Position numbers and translations under genes: made by a program. The notes under the pieces are model-generated. The model saw only the letters and a program-made list of their open reading frames with translations. It was not told the DNA's origin and ran no database searches. A DNA stretch of 64,000 nt from Octopus vulgaris. Taxonomy: Eukaryota. Below are positions 1 through 13,686 of the stretch, one piece after another; positions within the stretch are counted from its first letter, which is position 1; the number at the start of each line of letters is the position of its first letter. The stretch is from positions 25,730,001 through 25,794,000 of the forward strand of contig OX597830.1 of the NCBI GenBank assembly GCA_951406725.2, written 5' to 3'.

Positions 1-695
1 ATCCCTGGCCTGGCAGTGCTACCGAGAAGCGCTACCCGTTCGGGATAAGCTCTACAGACACGGCTCGAGAAACACGGGGCCGACCTGCCCGAGATGCGGT
101 CAGAGCGACGAAACCGTTCTGCACGCACTCGTTCAGTGTCCAACAATTTCCGACCTGTGGGCTTATGTCGAACAACTGCTGTCACGTGTGGGACGAGTCG
201 GTTTATCAGCTGAGTCTATCGTCAATATTGTCACGCCTCCTTCCTTCAAACGGGAAGGAAGAGCTATTTTCATCATCCTTGTGGCTATGGCGAAAGAATG
301 TATCTGGTGGACGCGTCTGAAAGGATTGGAGACAAACACTTTCCTCTCTGGTCAATCTCTCATCAACTTCTTCAAGTACCACTTGAAAAGGAAAGTGAGA
401 GTAGAGAGGCAAGTTTTGTCTAGCGAATGTTTTAAAAAAAGATGGGTGAATGTAGCAAGAATGGCACGTATGAATGACGAAGCCACCTTGAGCATAGTCC
501 TATGAACCCAGAAATCGAAAACAGAGAGTTGCTTATTTGCAAAAAAAAAAAAAAAAAAAAAAGAAATATAAAATGTGACTTCATTGACCGAGGTCACCGT
601 GGTCTTTTCCGTAGGCTTTTCTTTCCACGGGTAAACCTCACCTGTCCTCCCCTTTACACTTCATATTGACATTTCTGTGATAACGATCCCTATTG

Positions 696-726
<31 letters not shown>

Positions 727-902
727 CCTCTCCCCCTTTTTTAACCCCCCTTTTTTTGTCCTCCTTCTCTCCTTTTACGATCCCTTTTGATCGAAACTCC
801 CCCCTTACTTTTTTTTTTTTTTTTTTTAAACATTCAAAAGAAAAGCTCTACCTTGTAATTTGTTCTATCTGTGTGCAGCCCTGTGTGGCTAATAAAGAAA
901 CA
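1..902 (+). mobile_element. L1/Tx1-like non-LTR retrotransposon, 3' portion (copy 1; continues upstream of the window): ORF2 C-terminus plus 3' UTR
   Basis: The frame from nt 2 to the stop at 505 reads SLAWQCYREALPVRDKL...CPRCGQSDETVLHALVQCP (C-terminal CCHC, zf-RVT-like), colinear with 58470-58973. A T-rich 3' UTR follows, with AATAAA at 891-896 and then (TATC)n from 903. Confidence 0.9.
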
Positions 903-986
<84 letters not shown>

Positions 987-1006
987 CGTCTGTCTGTTAA
1001 TATATA

Positions 1007-1252
1007 CTCTCTTTTCTTTTTACTCTTTTACTTGTTCCAGTCATTTGACTGCGGCCATGCTGGAGCACCACCTGTAGTCCAGCAAGACGACCCCAGGACT
1101 TATTCTTTAGAAGCCTAGTACTTAATCTATCGGTCTCTTTTGCCGAACCGCTAAATTACGGGGACATAAACACACCAGCATCGGCTGTCAAGCGATGTTG
1201 GGGGGACAAACAGACACACAAATATATACACATACATACATGCATACAACAT

Positions 1253-1283
<31 letters not shown>

Positions 1284-1526
1284 CATACATACATACATAC
1301 ATACATACATACATACATACATACATACATACATACATACATACATACGTACATACATATATACGACGGGCTTCTTTCAGTTTCTGTCTACCAAATCCAC
1401 TCACAAGGCTTTGGTCGGCCCGAGGATATAGTAGTAGATACTTGCCCAAGGTGCCACGCAGTGGGAATGAACCCGGAACCATGTGGTTGGTAAGCAAGCT
1501 ACTTACCACATAGTTACTCCTCTACC
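1007..1526 (-). mobile_element. tRNA-derived SINE, local family B, with an internal (CA/TACA)n tract
   Basis: Reverse complement of the family seen at 28951-29308 and 60433-60906: A/B-box-like head, CCTTGGGCAAGT core-like block, tail ...CAGCATGGCCGCAGTCAAATGACTG... Confidence 0.8.
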
Positions 1527-1576
1527 TATATATATAGACGTCACTAAAGTCATCAACACCATCATCGTCGTCGTCA

Positions 1577-1607
<31 letters not shown>

Positions 1608-1996
1608 CGTCGTCGTCATCATCATCATCATCATTATCATCATCATCAAGTCCTCATCGTCTATATCTTCATTATCATCCGTGCCTCCTGTAACGGAAGT
1701 GGTCCGTGGACAAATTTAATGTGGAGGAGAACTGTTTACGCAGTTAAGTGATGCAATTTTCAATGTTTGATTCCCCCTAAATGGACATATTTCCATATCT
1801 ATTGCACAAGATATATAAAATAATAATAATAATAAAAAAAAGAAGATAAACAAACTAAAAAATATAGATATCAAAGGGTTATCCTACGGTAAATAAATTA
1901 ACTCGAGTTGTAAAGATCACAAACTTCGCCTGTTAAGGCATGGAAATGGCGTGTGTATATTTCTAGCACCCAAATATTGGAGTCGATATAATCGAT

Positions 1997-2528
1997 GGTG
2001 TAACTTCAGATTTCTGTTCCTCTCGCGAATTTGGTTGATCATAACTTTCAGAAAAATGGATATTTTTTAATCAAATTCTCTACAAATAGGTGTTATATCA
2101 TGTAGATTCTGAATATACAAAATTTTGTTTGGAGTAAAGTGTTTTTCGAGGGGTTAAGGTAGGGAATTTCGGAAAATTCATCGGAGTCCACTTCAATTCG
2201 TCTTAACTTTCAAGAAAATGGATATTTTTTTTATGAGATTCTCTACAAATATACCTCAGACTATGTAGATTCCGAGGACAAGAATTTTGGAGGAAAATAA
2301 TTGGGGGCTATTTTTGAGAAATGTTCCCCACTCAGGGGTGTTTCGGAAAAAGTCGTCCTAATTTGATTCATTTTCTCCGTTTTGTTTCTCCCAAAATTTT
2401 GTATATTCGGAATCTACATGATATAACGCATATTCGTAGAAAATCTCATTAACAATTATCCATTTTTCTGAAAGTTATGATCATCCAAAGTCGGTTCGGG
2501 GTGGGGTCAGAAATCTGTAGTTATGCCT
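1997..2528. repeat. Decayed foldback/MITE-like element with long imperfect inverted arms and one internal direct copy
   Basis: 1997-2130 (..TGATCATAACTTTCAGAAAAATGGATA..CATGTAGATTCTGAATATACAAAATTTTG) is the imperfect reverse complement of 2387-2528. A direct copy of part of the arm lies at ~2203-2292. Confidence 0.6.
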
Positions 2529-2665
2529 AGTCGGCTACCCCAATTTCCTTAAAATAGCTGGCCTTGTGCCGAAATCGAAATGAGAAAATTATTGAGGCGG
2601 TGAGCTGGCAGGATTGTAAGCGCGTCGAACAAAATGCTTTGTGTCAAAAGCTGAGACAATTATTA

Positions 2666-2841
2666 AGGTGGCGAGCTTGGCAGAATAGTCAGCGTGTCGA
2701 ACAAGATGCTTGATAGCATTTCTTCCATCTCTTTATGTTCTGTGATAAATATCACCGAGACTTTGCTTTTTATGCTTTCGGGATTGGTAATCGACTTACA
2801 CCCTCCCCCGAAATTGCTGGCCTTGTGTCAAAATTTGAAAC

Positions 2842-2842
<1 letters not shown>
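2666..2842 (+). mobile_element. tRNA-derived SINE, local family A (decayed monomer), ending in (TTA)n
   Basis: GGTGGCGAGCTTGGCAGAAT head and GGCCTTGTGTCAAAATTTGAAACCATTATT tail match other family A copies. Confidence 0.65.
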
Positions 2843-2902
<60 letters not shown>

Positions 2903-3459
2903 GAGTGAGAGAGCAGTTCATGCCATCAATGTGACACTGGGGTAACATATATACGAAGCCCAGTATACCCATCATGACTACCCGTCTGATAAGGGTACAC
3001 AAGGCACATGCATCACAACCATATGTGCGCGACATGGTGATCTCATATCAAGATAAACAGCACATGACCTTGCAGGTGGGGCCCAGTTAGAATTTTCTTC
3101 AGGTTGAGTAGCCCATCCCGCTCAAACGGTCCCTGAATAAGGGTTGTTTAAGGATGTTGAAAGAACCACCCATGTTTCCAGAGGTGAATTATTCAAACCC
3201 CAAAGAATCCCTCTCAACACACGGCTATGATGCTCCCCCACTACTTCTGCTCGTGATCAGAGATGCACATATCGTCAGCCACTAAGGGACATGCTCAACT
3301 GGTTAAGGTCAAACAACTGACAAGCAAATCTGTGGTATTGAGCAGAATATTTGCTGTAGCCCATCTTTTATACCAAGACAAAACAATGTACATGATAACA
3401 CTTCCAATCAGTTAAGATCAGAAGCCATGAGAGCCACTGCCTGGTACTGCATCAGGGCA
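2903..3459 (-). mobile_element. ~560-bp non-coding interspersed element (local family C) inserted in (TAA)n
   Basis: Near-identical to 54653-55182. Flanked by (TTA)n on the left and (TTC)n(TTA)n on the right. No TIRs or ORF. The strand is inferred from the truncation pattern of other copies. Confidence 0.8.
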
Positions 3460-3524
3460 TTCTTTTTCTTCTTCTTCTTCTTCTTCTTCTTCTTCTTCTT
3501 CTTCTTCTTCTTCTTCTTCTTCTT

Positions 3525-3624
<100 letters not shown>

Positions 3625-3939
3625 GAGCACATGGTCTTTTGAACTTCGAAATCTCTTAAAATAATAATAACCTCTGATAAAAGAATTATAATAATAATTA
3701 AATATAATTATAATTAAATTTGTTTAATTAGAAGCAAACTTAATTATTATTATTTTGAAGGAAGGAGATCAATCAGGTTACATCCCTCAAAGGACTTGAA
3801 CAGTACTTTACTTTTACGACACCGGAGAGGTAAAAGACCAACTTGGCCTCGGATGAATTTGAACTCAGAACGTAAAGTCGTGAAGCAAATTCGAAAAGGG
3901 ATTTTGTTTGACGCTCAAACTATTCGACCATTCCACCAA

Positions 3940-4163
3940 ATAATCCTTTCTACTATAGACACAGGGTCTGAAACTTGGGGTGGGGGAGGGGATGAATCGA
4001 TTACATCGACCCCAGTATTTCACTGGTACTTAATTTATCGACTCCGAAAGGATGAAAGGCAAAGTCGACCTCAGCGGAATTGGAACTGAGAACGTAAAGA
4101 CAGACGAAATACCGCTAAGCATTCTGCCCATAGTGCTTAGCGACTCTGCCAGCACGCCGCCTC
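3940..4163 (-). mobile_element. SINE family A monomer
   Basis: Matches the family A body (GAAAGGATGAAAGGCAAAGTCGACCTC..GGAATT.GAAC) and head (CTGCCAGC.CGCCGCCT) in reverse. Confidence 0.8.
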
Positions 4164-4216
<53 letters not shown>

Positions 4217-4242
4217 TGATGATGATGATAATACTAATAATA

Positions 4243-4532
4243 CCCTGATGCAGTTCCAGGCACTGACTCTCATGGTTTCTGATTGGAAGTGTTATGTAAA
4301 TTGTTTTGTCCTGGTATAAAAGATGGACTACAGCAAATATTCTGCGCAGTAACACAGATTTGCTTGTCAGTTGTTTGACCTTAACCGTTCAGCATGTCCC
4401 TTGGTGGCTGACGATATATGCATTACTGATCACGAGCAGGAGTAGTGGGGAAGCATCATAGTCATATGTTGAGAGTAATTCTTTGGGCTTCGTAGTATTT
4501 GTTCTTTGATGGTATGTGCTGCTCTCTCACTC
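4243..4532 (+). mobile_element. Family C element, internally deleted, in the opposite orientation
   Basis: Retains both ends (CCCTGATGCAG... and ...GCTCTCTCACTC) of the reverse complement of 2903-3459. Preceded by (TAA)n. Confidence 0.75.
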
Positions 4533-4936
4533 AATATTACTACTAATATTAATGGCTTCATAATTTAGCACAAGGCCAGGACTTTCCACCCAAGTACTGA
4601 ACTGGTACTTAATTTATAGACTCCGAAAGGATGAAAGGCAAAATTGAACTCAGAATGCATGCAAAGCGTTTCGACCACTGTGCGAACGAGTCTTCTATTT
4701 CGCTGCCTCACACCCAATAACAACAACAAAAGACTACAACAATAGCTATAATAATAATCCTTTCTACTAAAGGCACATCGACCCAGTGCGTAACTGGCAC
4801 TTGTTTCATCGACCTTGAAAAGACGACAGGCAAAGTCGACCGCGCCGGAATTTCAACTCAGCGACGGAGGAAATGCCCGCCAAGCATTTTGCCCGGCGTA
4901 CTTCTAGTTCGCTGCCTTACACCGAGCAACAACAAC

Positions 4937-5521
4937 AATAACCCTTTTTGTTATAGGCACAAGGCCTCAGATTTGTGGGGGAAGGAACTAGTCGATTACA
5001 TCGACCCCAGTGTGTATCTGTTACTTAATTTATCGACCCCGAAAGGATGAAAGGCAAAGTCGACCTCGGCGGAATTTGAACTGTGAACGTAGCGGCAGAC
5101 GAAATACCTATTTTTTACTACCCACAAGGGGCTAAACACAGAGAGGACAAACAAGGACAGACAAACGGATTAAGTCGATTATATCGACCCCAGTGCGTAA
5201 CAGGTACTTAATTTATCGACCCAGAAAGGATGAAAGGCAAAGTCGACCTCGCGGAATTTGAACTGAGAACGTAGCGGCAGACGAAATACCTATTTATTAC
5301 TACCCACAAGGGGCTAAACACAGAGAGGACAAACAAGGATAGACAAACGGATTAAGTCGATTATATCGACCCCAGTGCGTAACAGGTACTTAATTTATCG
5401 ACCCAGAAAGGATGAAAGGCAAAGTCGACCTCGGCGGAATTTGAACTGAGAACGTAGCAGCAGACGAAATACGGCTGCATATTTCGCCCAGCGTGCTAAC
5501 GTTTCTGCCAGCTCGCCGCCT
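4937..5521 (-). mobile_element. SINE family A trimer (head plus three tandem bodies, ~182-bp period)
   Basis: The body block recurs at ~5000-5100, ~5180-5285 and ~5360-5470, separated by the ..CCCACAAGGGGCTAAACACAGAGAGGACAAACAAGGA.AGACAAACGGATTAA.. tail. Confidence 0.85.
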
Positions 5522-5522
5522 A

Positions 5523-5587
<65 letters not shown>

Positions 5588-6366
5588 GTAGCAATGACTA
5601 TTATTACATCATCATCTTCGAAATCTTAACCCTTAATCCAGAAATCCCAATAATAGCTTGTGTACAACGATACTTCTTGTTGTTGCCATGTTGACTCTAA
5701 AGTAAATGTTATTGCTTCTAGTAAACAGAAAGACAAAAAGAAGAAAAAAAAAGACAGAAATGAATTATGCTTAAGATGAAAAAAAAAACAAAAAAACAAA
5801 ACAAAAGAACCTTGATTATACTATAAACGAATTATATTCCATTGATATCTGTTTATAATACAAACACTGCATCAGATATACTTTATAGATCCCAATAGAA
5901 ACTGTGTTTAAGAAGCAGGATTAAGATAAGGCAAATTTTGTGTTTGTTTTAGAATCTTATGTCTTTATGTCCTACACCGATTTTGTTTGCAAGAAAATAC
6001 TGGCTGGTGTGGCGGGAGATTGCGGAAGAAGTAATGAAGCTGATGGTAATAAGAGCTGGTGGGAATGGTAGCGGTTGGAGCGGTAGTTGCAGTGGTGGTG
6101 GTGGTGATGGTGGTGAGCATGACCTGAGTGCGGTTGCTTTATTTTCAGGTCTTATTTTTTATTGCCTTATTTTGTTTTAATTTTATTTCATTTTTTGTTA
6201 TATGAGAGAGAAGGAAAAAAAAATGAAAATTGCGTTCATACAAAATGCTTGTAATTCCGCCATCTTAAGTTGAGTTATCGGAAAGAATTTAACATTCAGA
6301 GAGATTGTAGGACTTAATCCTGTGATTAATCACTGGATAACAGCGTGATTGAACAAAGTGTAATTA

Positions 6367-6408
<42 letters not shown>

Positions 6409-6417
6409 TATATATAT

Positions 6418-6879
6418 CTTGTCTTTTATCTTTTACATGTTTTATTTGAGGGATCGTGGCCATGCTGTGGCATCGCCTCGAAGGATTTAGTCGAACAATT
6501 CAAATCAATCCCAGGACTGACTTTTTCAGTGTTTGATATTCATTCTGTCGGTTTCTTTGTCGAAACGCTGGATTGCGGGAACGTAAGTAAACCAACACCG
6601 GTTGTTAAGCGGTAGGTTGGGAACAAACACAGACAGAGAAAGACGCACACATATTTATGAACGCACAAAATACATGCAGACATATATATATACTTACGTA
6701 CAGATGTATGTAGGTATGACGGGCTTCCACACAGTTTCCGTCTACTAAACTCACTGACAAGGCACTGGTTAGCCCAGGGCTACAGTAGAAGACGTTTTCT
6801 CTCGGTAGCGCGCTGTGAGACTAAACCTGAAACCACCTGACTGCAAAGCGAGCTTCATAACCACACATGCCTGCACCTA
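6418..6879 (-). mobile_element. SINE family B, diverged copy
   Basis: Tail GGCCATGCTG..., central GACGGGCTTCCACACAGTTTCCGTCTAC and head CCACACATGCCTGCACCT are colinear with family B. Confidence 0.65.
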
Positions 6880-7194
6880 TGAACACACAGCCCTATATTG
6901 CAGACATATCTGGGTGATGATGAAGTTCATTTGATTTCGAGTTCGGTTCCGCTGCATGGCAGTTTGGGTAAATGACTTCTTCTATAGCCCCAGCCCGACA
7001 ATGCTATATGAGTGGAATTTGGTAGTCGATAACTGTTTCAATGTGTCTGCCTCTCACCGCTTGACAACCGATGTTGTGCTTACGTAAATTAACCATTCAG
7101 TAAGAAAAAAAATCCTCTTCCGTACGATTTCAGATTACCCCACTCAAATCCTTCCCGAAATGTTATCACCCTGATGGCAAATAAAATAATAAAA

Positions 7195-7632
7195 ATAGTT
7201 TCAAATTTTGGTACAAGGCCAGCAATTTTAGGGAAGGTTAAATCGATTAAACTGGTACTTATTTTATCGACCCCGAAAGAATGAAAGGCAAGGCCGACCT
7301 CAGCGGTATTTGAACTCAGGTCGTAAAGACGGACGAAATGCTGCTAAGCATTTTGTCTGACGTGCTAACAGTTCTGCCAGCTCGCCACCTTATCATCATT
7401 TTTATAATATTAATAAGGCGGCGAGCTGGCAGAATCGTTAGCGCGCCGGGTGTAACGTTTAGCGGCATTTCGTCTGCCGTTACGTTCTGAGTTCAAATTC
7501 CGCTGAGGTTGACTTTGCTTTTCATCCTTTCAGGGTCGATAAATTAAGTACCAGTGAAACACTTGGGTCGATGTAATCGACTATCCCACGCCCCCAACTT
7601 CAGGCCTTGTGTTTATAGTAGAAAGGATTATT
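7195..7632. mobile_element. Two family A SINE monomers head-to-head (7195-7392 minus, 7414-7632 plus)
   Basis: CTGCCAGCTCGCCACCTT ends at ~7391 and AAGGCGGCGAGCTGGCAGAATCGTTAG starts at ~7414. B-box GTTCAAATTCC lies at ~7491. Confidence 0.85.
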
Positions 7633-8631
7633 ATAATACTAATAACTTTTTTTTCTGCCACTTACAATTATCATAACTAACCAAAATAATTTATAAATAC
7701 CATCAGAAACATTTAAAGTGTATTAATACATTTTGTTTTTGTACATAAATAAATACATAAATACAATTCGTTCACATAAACAGAAATATATATATTTATA
7801 CACTTCAAATAAGAAAAAAACCGTAATATGTTTATGGGTAAACAAGTATTACGGTTGTAAATCTAATCCAACAAAATTTCTCATTAAGAAAGAAATTCTT
7901 AGAATCTCTGGTGTTAAAAGCATATTTTTTAAAAGACATCATAAAATAGGGGGCGTTTAAAAATGCCGATATTCTTTTTTCTTCACACATATGAATATTA
8001 GCTTAAATGTTATACTGGAAACGTATCACGAGTTGTACAGCGTTAGAATTTATCATTTTAGAGAAATTAGAGATGGGTTAATGTGAATGGTTAATTTGAA
8101 ATCGGGCGCAGGCTACCCCTGTCCGTGGGTAATTTGAAATCGATTTCAGATTAACGGGAAGGAACTTGAAATGGGAATGGGGAATAACTTCAAATCTTTA
8201 CACTGGTGAAACCGATACATTGTAAGTGAATTTCGGAAGCGAAAACATACATGTCTGTGTGTGTGTGTGTATGTGTGTGTTCATGCATGTTTGTGTGTGT
8301 ATGCGTGTGTGTGTGAGTGCATGTCTTCGTGTTTTTCTTCTACATTTGACAACCAGTCCAGTTTTGGTTTGTTTACGTTCCTGTAACGGCAAAAGATATC
8401 GAGAAAATAAATATCATATTTAAGAATAAGTACTAGAGTCGATTAGTTTGAGAAAACCCTTTAAGATGGTGTCTCTGCACGGCAACAGTACAATGACTGA
8501 AACAATTAAAGGAATAAAAGAATATTATAATCGTGTTCGTTTTGTGAGTGTATATATAGCCGTGTAATTAAGAAATCCGTCTCAGAACCGCGAAGTTTCG
8601 AGTTCGTTCCCGTTTCGCAGCATTTCTTTAA

Positions 8632-8674
<43 letters not shown>

Positions 8675-9340
8675 CGCCACCTATTTTTTGCTTCATGTTA
8701 ACAAATCCACTATGTTATAAGTATCTGGGCTAAATCTCTGCTCTAAGGACAATTTCTTTCTTTTCTCTCACCTGAGGTCACAACTGCTACCCTTCTTCTT
8801 CCCACTTCGTCATGAAAAGAAAATACACTTTTGCTAAACATGTCATTCAACCATTTTCGACCCCTTTCTGGATGAAGACTCGGCATACATGTTGGTTCTA
8901 AGTCTATCTGCCCATCTGGCTAATACCGGTTGTATGGATTGATCCTGTGGTTGAGTCATTTATCCCAATCATCATCGCATAAGCGGAATATGAACTCGGA
9001 ACGCAAAGAGACGAAATATATACAAGTAATCCGGTCCGATGCTCTAACGATTCAACTATCTTTGATTGGTACTTTTTTTATTCGACCATGGAAATATAAA
9101 ATGTAGAATCGACCTTGCTGGCTTTGAACTCGGAACGTAAAGAGCCAAAAAGATGTACCAATAGAGATGTAGAACGATCCTTTAACATTTCCACTTCTTT
9201 CTACTGGAATTCTCTACCTCGGCAGTGAAAAGATAAGACATAGACATGACGTAGGCTGGATTTGAACAAATATGGTCAGACATCCTACCCGAACGTCTAA
9301 CAACCCCGCTATTTCACTATCATTTTCTTTTTTTTTCTTT

Positions 9341-9917
9341 TTTTTCTACTCTAGGCACAAGGTCCGAAATTTTGGGGGAGAGGACCAGTCGATTAGATCG
9401 ACCCCAGTACACAACTGGTACTTAATTTATCGACTCCGAAAGGATGAAAGGCAAAGTCGACCTCGGCGTAATTTGAACTCAAAGTAAAAATAGCCTAAAT
9501 ACTTATTTCTTAACTACCCACAAGGGGCTAAACACAGAGGGGACAAACAAGGATAGACAAACGGATTAAGTCGATTATATCGACCCCAGTGCGTAACTGG
9601 TACTTATTTAACCGATCCCGAAAGGATGAAAGGCAAAGTCGACCTCGGCGGAATTTGAACTGAGAACGTAGCAGCAGACGAAATACCTATTTCTTTATTA
9701 CCCACAAGGGGCTAAACACAGAGCGGACAAACAAGGACAGACATAGGTATTAAGTCGATTACATCGACCCCAGTGCGTAACTGGTACTTAATTTATCGAC
9801 CCCGAAAGGATGAAAGGCAAAGTCGACCTCGGCGGAATTTGAACTCAGAACGTAGCGGCAGACGAAATACCGCTAAGCATTTCGCCCGGCGTGCCAACGT
9901 TTCTGCCAGCTAGCCGC
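9341..9917 (-). mobile_element. SINE family A trimer
   Basis: Three body blocks, with the same tail-to-body junction (AAATAC(C/T)TATTTCTT) at ~9500 and ~9685. Confidence 0.85.
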
Positions 9918-10315
9918 TCTAATACTGTCAATTTCTAAAGCAATCAATGTTAAAAATTTGAAGCTTTGAAATGAATTATTATTAATAATTGCTAATGCTA
10001 TTAATCGCCGGTAACTTTTAATGTTATTAATGCAATTATTGTCAATGTAATTTTTGTTATTGTATTTATTATTAATAAGATTATAATTTTCCGGATTATC
10101 CTCTTAATCTTCAGAGTCTATATTTACAATATTCACATTAAAGCAAGTTTACATTTACTGTCCTATAAATCTCTTATTTTTTTTTTGTTTCCCAGACAAA
10201 TACGGTCTTAATTCTTTTTAATGTTACGTTGATCGTTTAACGATTGTTAGGGCAGTTTCTCATTGATTTTTTTTTTGTATTATTTTGTAACTCTGAACAC
10301 ACAAACATTCAAAAA

Positions 10316-10346
<31 letters not shown>

Positions 10347-10859
10347 TTATATATTTATATACATACAAGCATCTGTCAAATGTAAGCATAAGATGCTGGA
10401 TATTTTGGGGCAGACAAGAAAAAGTGTGTCGTCAAAGAAGTGAATAACTCTTTGAAAATCAAAAAGATGGAGGATAACTATAAATAATGCTTCGAAACGT
10501 TCAGCGTGTTTATCGAGATTACAAATTCACATTTATAGCAATAATAATTGGTGCATTTGTTTTCGTGAGTAAATGCGCAATTCGCAGTCAGGATAAGTTT
10601 GGATTTTCAGAAAAAGAAACCAACCGATTCGTACATTACAAATGCAATCTGTAAGAGGAACAGTGAAAATATGCAAGACTTTTTTGAGGTTTAAACTGTG
10701 GTGTTGTTTCTGTAATCCACGTCCCAACAATGGAGGTCTGTATGTTTGTTAGAAACCAATTCCTTCCTCAGAAGAAGAATTTAGATAATTAAAAACAGGA
10801 GAACATACACACACAGGTATGTATATTGCGGGGTTCCACTCAGATGAAAAACCGCTGTC

Positions 10860-11132
10860 ATGGGGTTAATGTATTCATCGTGAGTTCGATTCCTTGAGCA
10901 AAAAACTTTATTTCATGCTGCTTCATTCAACTCAACTGGCAGAAATGAGTTGTACATGTAAGTCAAACGACCAGCCTTGTCACATTCTAGGTCATGCTGA
11001 ATCCCCCTGAAAACCACGGTTACAGTACACGTGTCCGTGGAGCGCTCAGCCACTTGAACGTTAATTTCACGAGCCAGCTGTTCCGTTGATCGGATCAATT
11101 GGAATATTCGTCGTCGTAACCGACGGAATGTC
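10860..11132 (+). mobile_element. SINE, local family D (decayed head plus long tail)
   Basis: GTGAGTTCGATTCCTTGAGCAAAAAACTTTATTTCA resembles the head/core at 63889-64000. The tail matches the reverse complement of 31222-31400. Confidence 0.65.
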
Positions 11133-11151
11133 AGACCAGCCAACCAGCCAA

Positions 11152-11198
<47 letters not shown>

Positions 11199-11732
11199 AT
11201 CGGCCAGCCAGTCAACCAGCCAGCTCGGTAACGGTTCTGTTAGCTCGAAAATAACGATGACGGCGGCAGCGACGACGACGACAATGAGACGATTATGGTG
11301 ATTTCTTTTATTTATTTATTTGCCACATGAGTGTCTGGTCAGGAAGGAATTACAAGGATAGTTTACAATTTGTGCGAGGGGAATGCCGATTCCAGAAGAC
11401 AGTCTGGATAACTGGATAACCAACTTCGTTCGTAAATGTAAAACAATCATAAAAGGCGACATTTTTCTTCTTCTTTTACAATTCTAAGGCTGTTTAATAA
11501 ATTTTAAGTCTTTGTGTTAGAATACTGAACACAAATTCCAGTAATATTCTAGAATAGATTCAGTAATGAGAAAAACAAAGCAAAACAACAACAAAAACAC
11601 CTATCTTATAATTGCCAATCTATTATTCAAACTATGTATACATACATGCATACAGAAACACATACACATATATAGCTACCTACCAACCTACCTACCTACC
11701 TACCTACCTACATACATACATACATACATACA

Positions 11733-11766
<34 letters not shown>

Positions 11767-11881
11767 CATACATAAATAAGATATACATACATGCATAAGA
11801 CATATATACATACATAAGTTATACTTACATGCATAAAATATATATACTAGCCTATGTAAGATATATATACATATAATATGT

Positions 11882-11912
<31 letters not shown>

Positions 11913-11924
11913 CATGTATACATA

Positions 11925-11974
<50 letters not shown>

Positions 11975-12211
11975 TATATACATATATTTATATAAATATA
12001 TATATATATGTATATGTGCATGTATGTGTGTATCTGTACACACATGCACACACAGACAGACATATATGCAAACATATAGATATACATACCTATATTCATA
12101 TATAGTTATATAAATAAATACATATGCATATGTATATATATATATGTATATACATTTATATAGTTATACACACACACATACATGCATACATACACACATT
12201 TACATACATAC

Positions 12212-12271
<60 letters not shown>

Positions 12272-12475
12272 TATATTATATATAGTACAACAATAGACAA
12301 AAAGTAAAATAATTTTCGAAAATTCATTTTCCCCTAGCTATATTCTGGAAAAATATGTTGGTAGAAAGATAGATAGATACATATACATATCTAGATATCT
12401 CTCTCTCTTTCCTTCTTTCTCTCTCTTTCTTTCTCCTCTCTCTCTCTCTCTCTCCCTTCCTCTCTCTCTCATATA

Positions 12476-12527
<52 letters not shown>

Positions 12528-12571
12528 CATATTTAGATGGACAGATAGATATGTATATCTATGTCTCTGAC

Positions 12572-12618
<47 letters not shown>

Positions 12619-12838
12619 ATGTCTATCTATCTATCTATCTATTTATCTATCTATTTCTCTCTCTCTTTCTGTATTGTTTTCATGTTTATAGCTAGGAGGA
12701 AATGAATTAGTGAAAAATTTTTGCGCTCTAATTTTGCCTAGTTAAATTTTTGTTTCGTCATTTTCGAAACGTTTTTCTATTTTTAAAAGATATATATTCT
12801 CTTTAATACAATCGAACCTACGATTTATCCTATATTTA

Positions 12839-12889
<51 letters not shown>

Positions 12890-12993
12890 AACAACAACAA
12901 CAACTACTACTACTACTACAACTACAACTACAACAACAACTACAACTACTACTAATAATACCACCACCACCATCACCACCACCACCACCACTG

Positions 12994-13064
<71 letters not shown>

Positions 13065-13447
13065 ATTACTACTACTACTACCGCTTCTGAAACTTCTGCT
13101 ACTACTACTAGTTTTTGAAATTACTACTCCTACTATTACTAAATGAAATCCCACTTTCTACTTTCTATAACCCTTTCTGCTGTACTCTAAAGACGCACTC
13201 AACACTCCTACTTTGCACTGTAACATCTCATTAAAAGCACACCCACTCCATTCTTCTCTTTCCGCAACCTCTTAACGAGTCCACGCTGCTCCGCTCTGGC
13301 TTATTAACTCTGGCGTGTCTTAATATTTAATTTAGTTGGAAAGATTTAAGGAAACTGAGAGCAACAAGAACAAGAGCAGGAAGGAAAAAGAAGAAAGCAA
13401 TTAGCAAAACATAACGATTACCCCATCATCACCCTTATCGTCACCAG

Positions 13448-13495
<48 letters not shown>

Positions 13496-13645
13496 TATCG
13501 TCATCATCATCATCGTCATCATCATTGTAATCATCGTCGTCGTCGTCGTCATCATCATCATAATCGTCATTGTCATCATCATCATAATCGTCATTGTCAT
13601 CATCACAGTCATCATCGTCATTATTATCATCACCATCACCATCAC

Positions 13646-13686
<41 letters not shown>

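Noticed and set aside
4937-5521. ~182-bp periodic repeats that superficially resemble a CRISPR array or a retrozyme
   Set aside because: The intervening segments are themselves repeated rather than unique spacers, the context is a eukaryotic SINE, and no hammerhead core was found in the unit.
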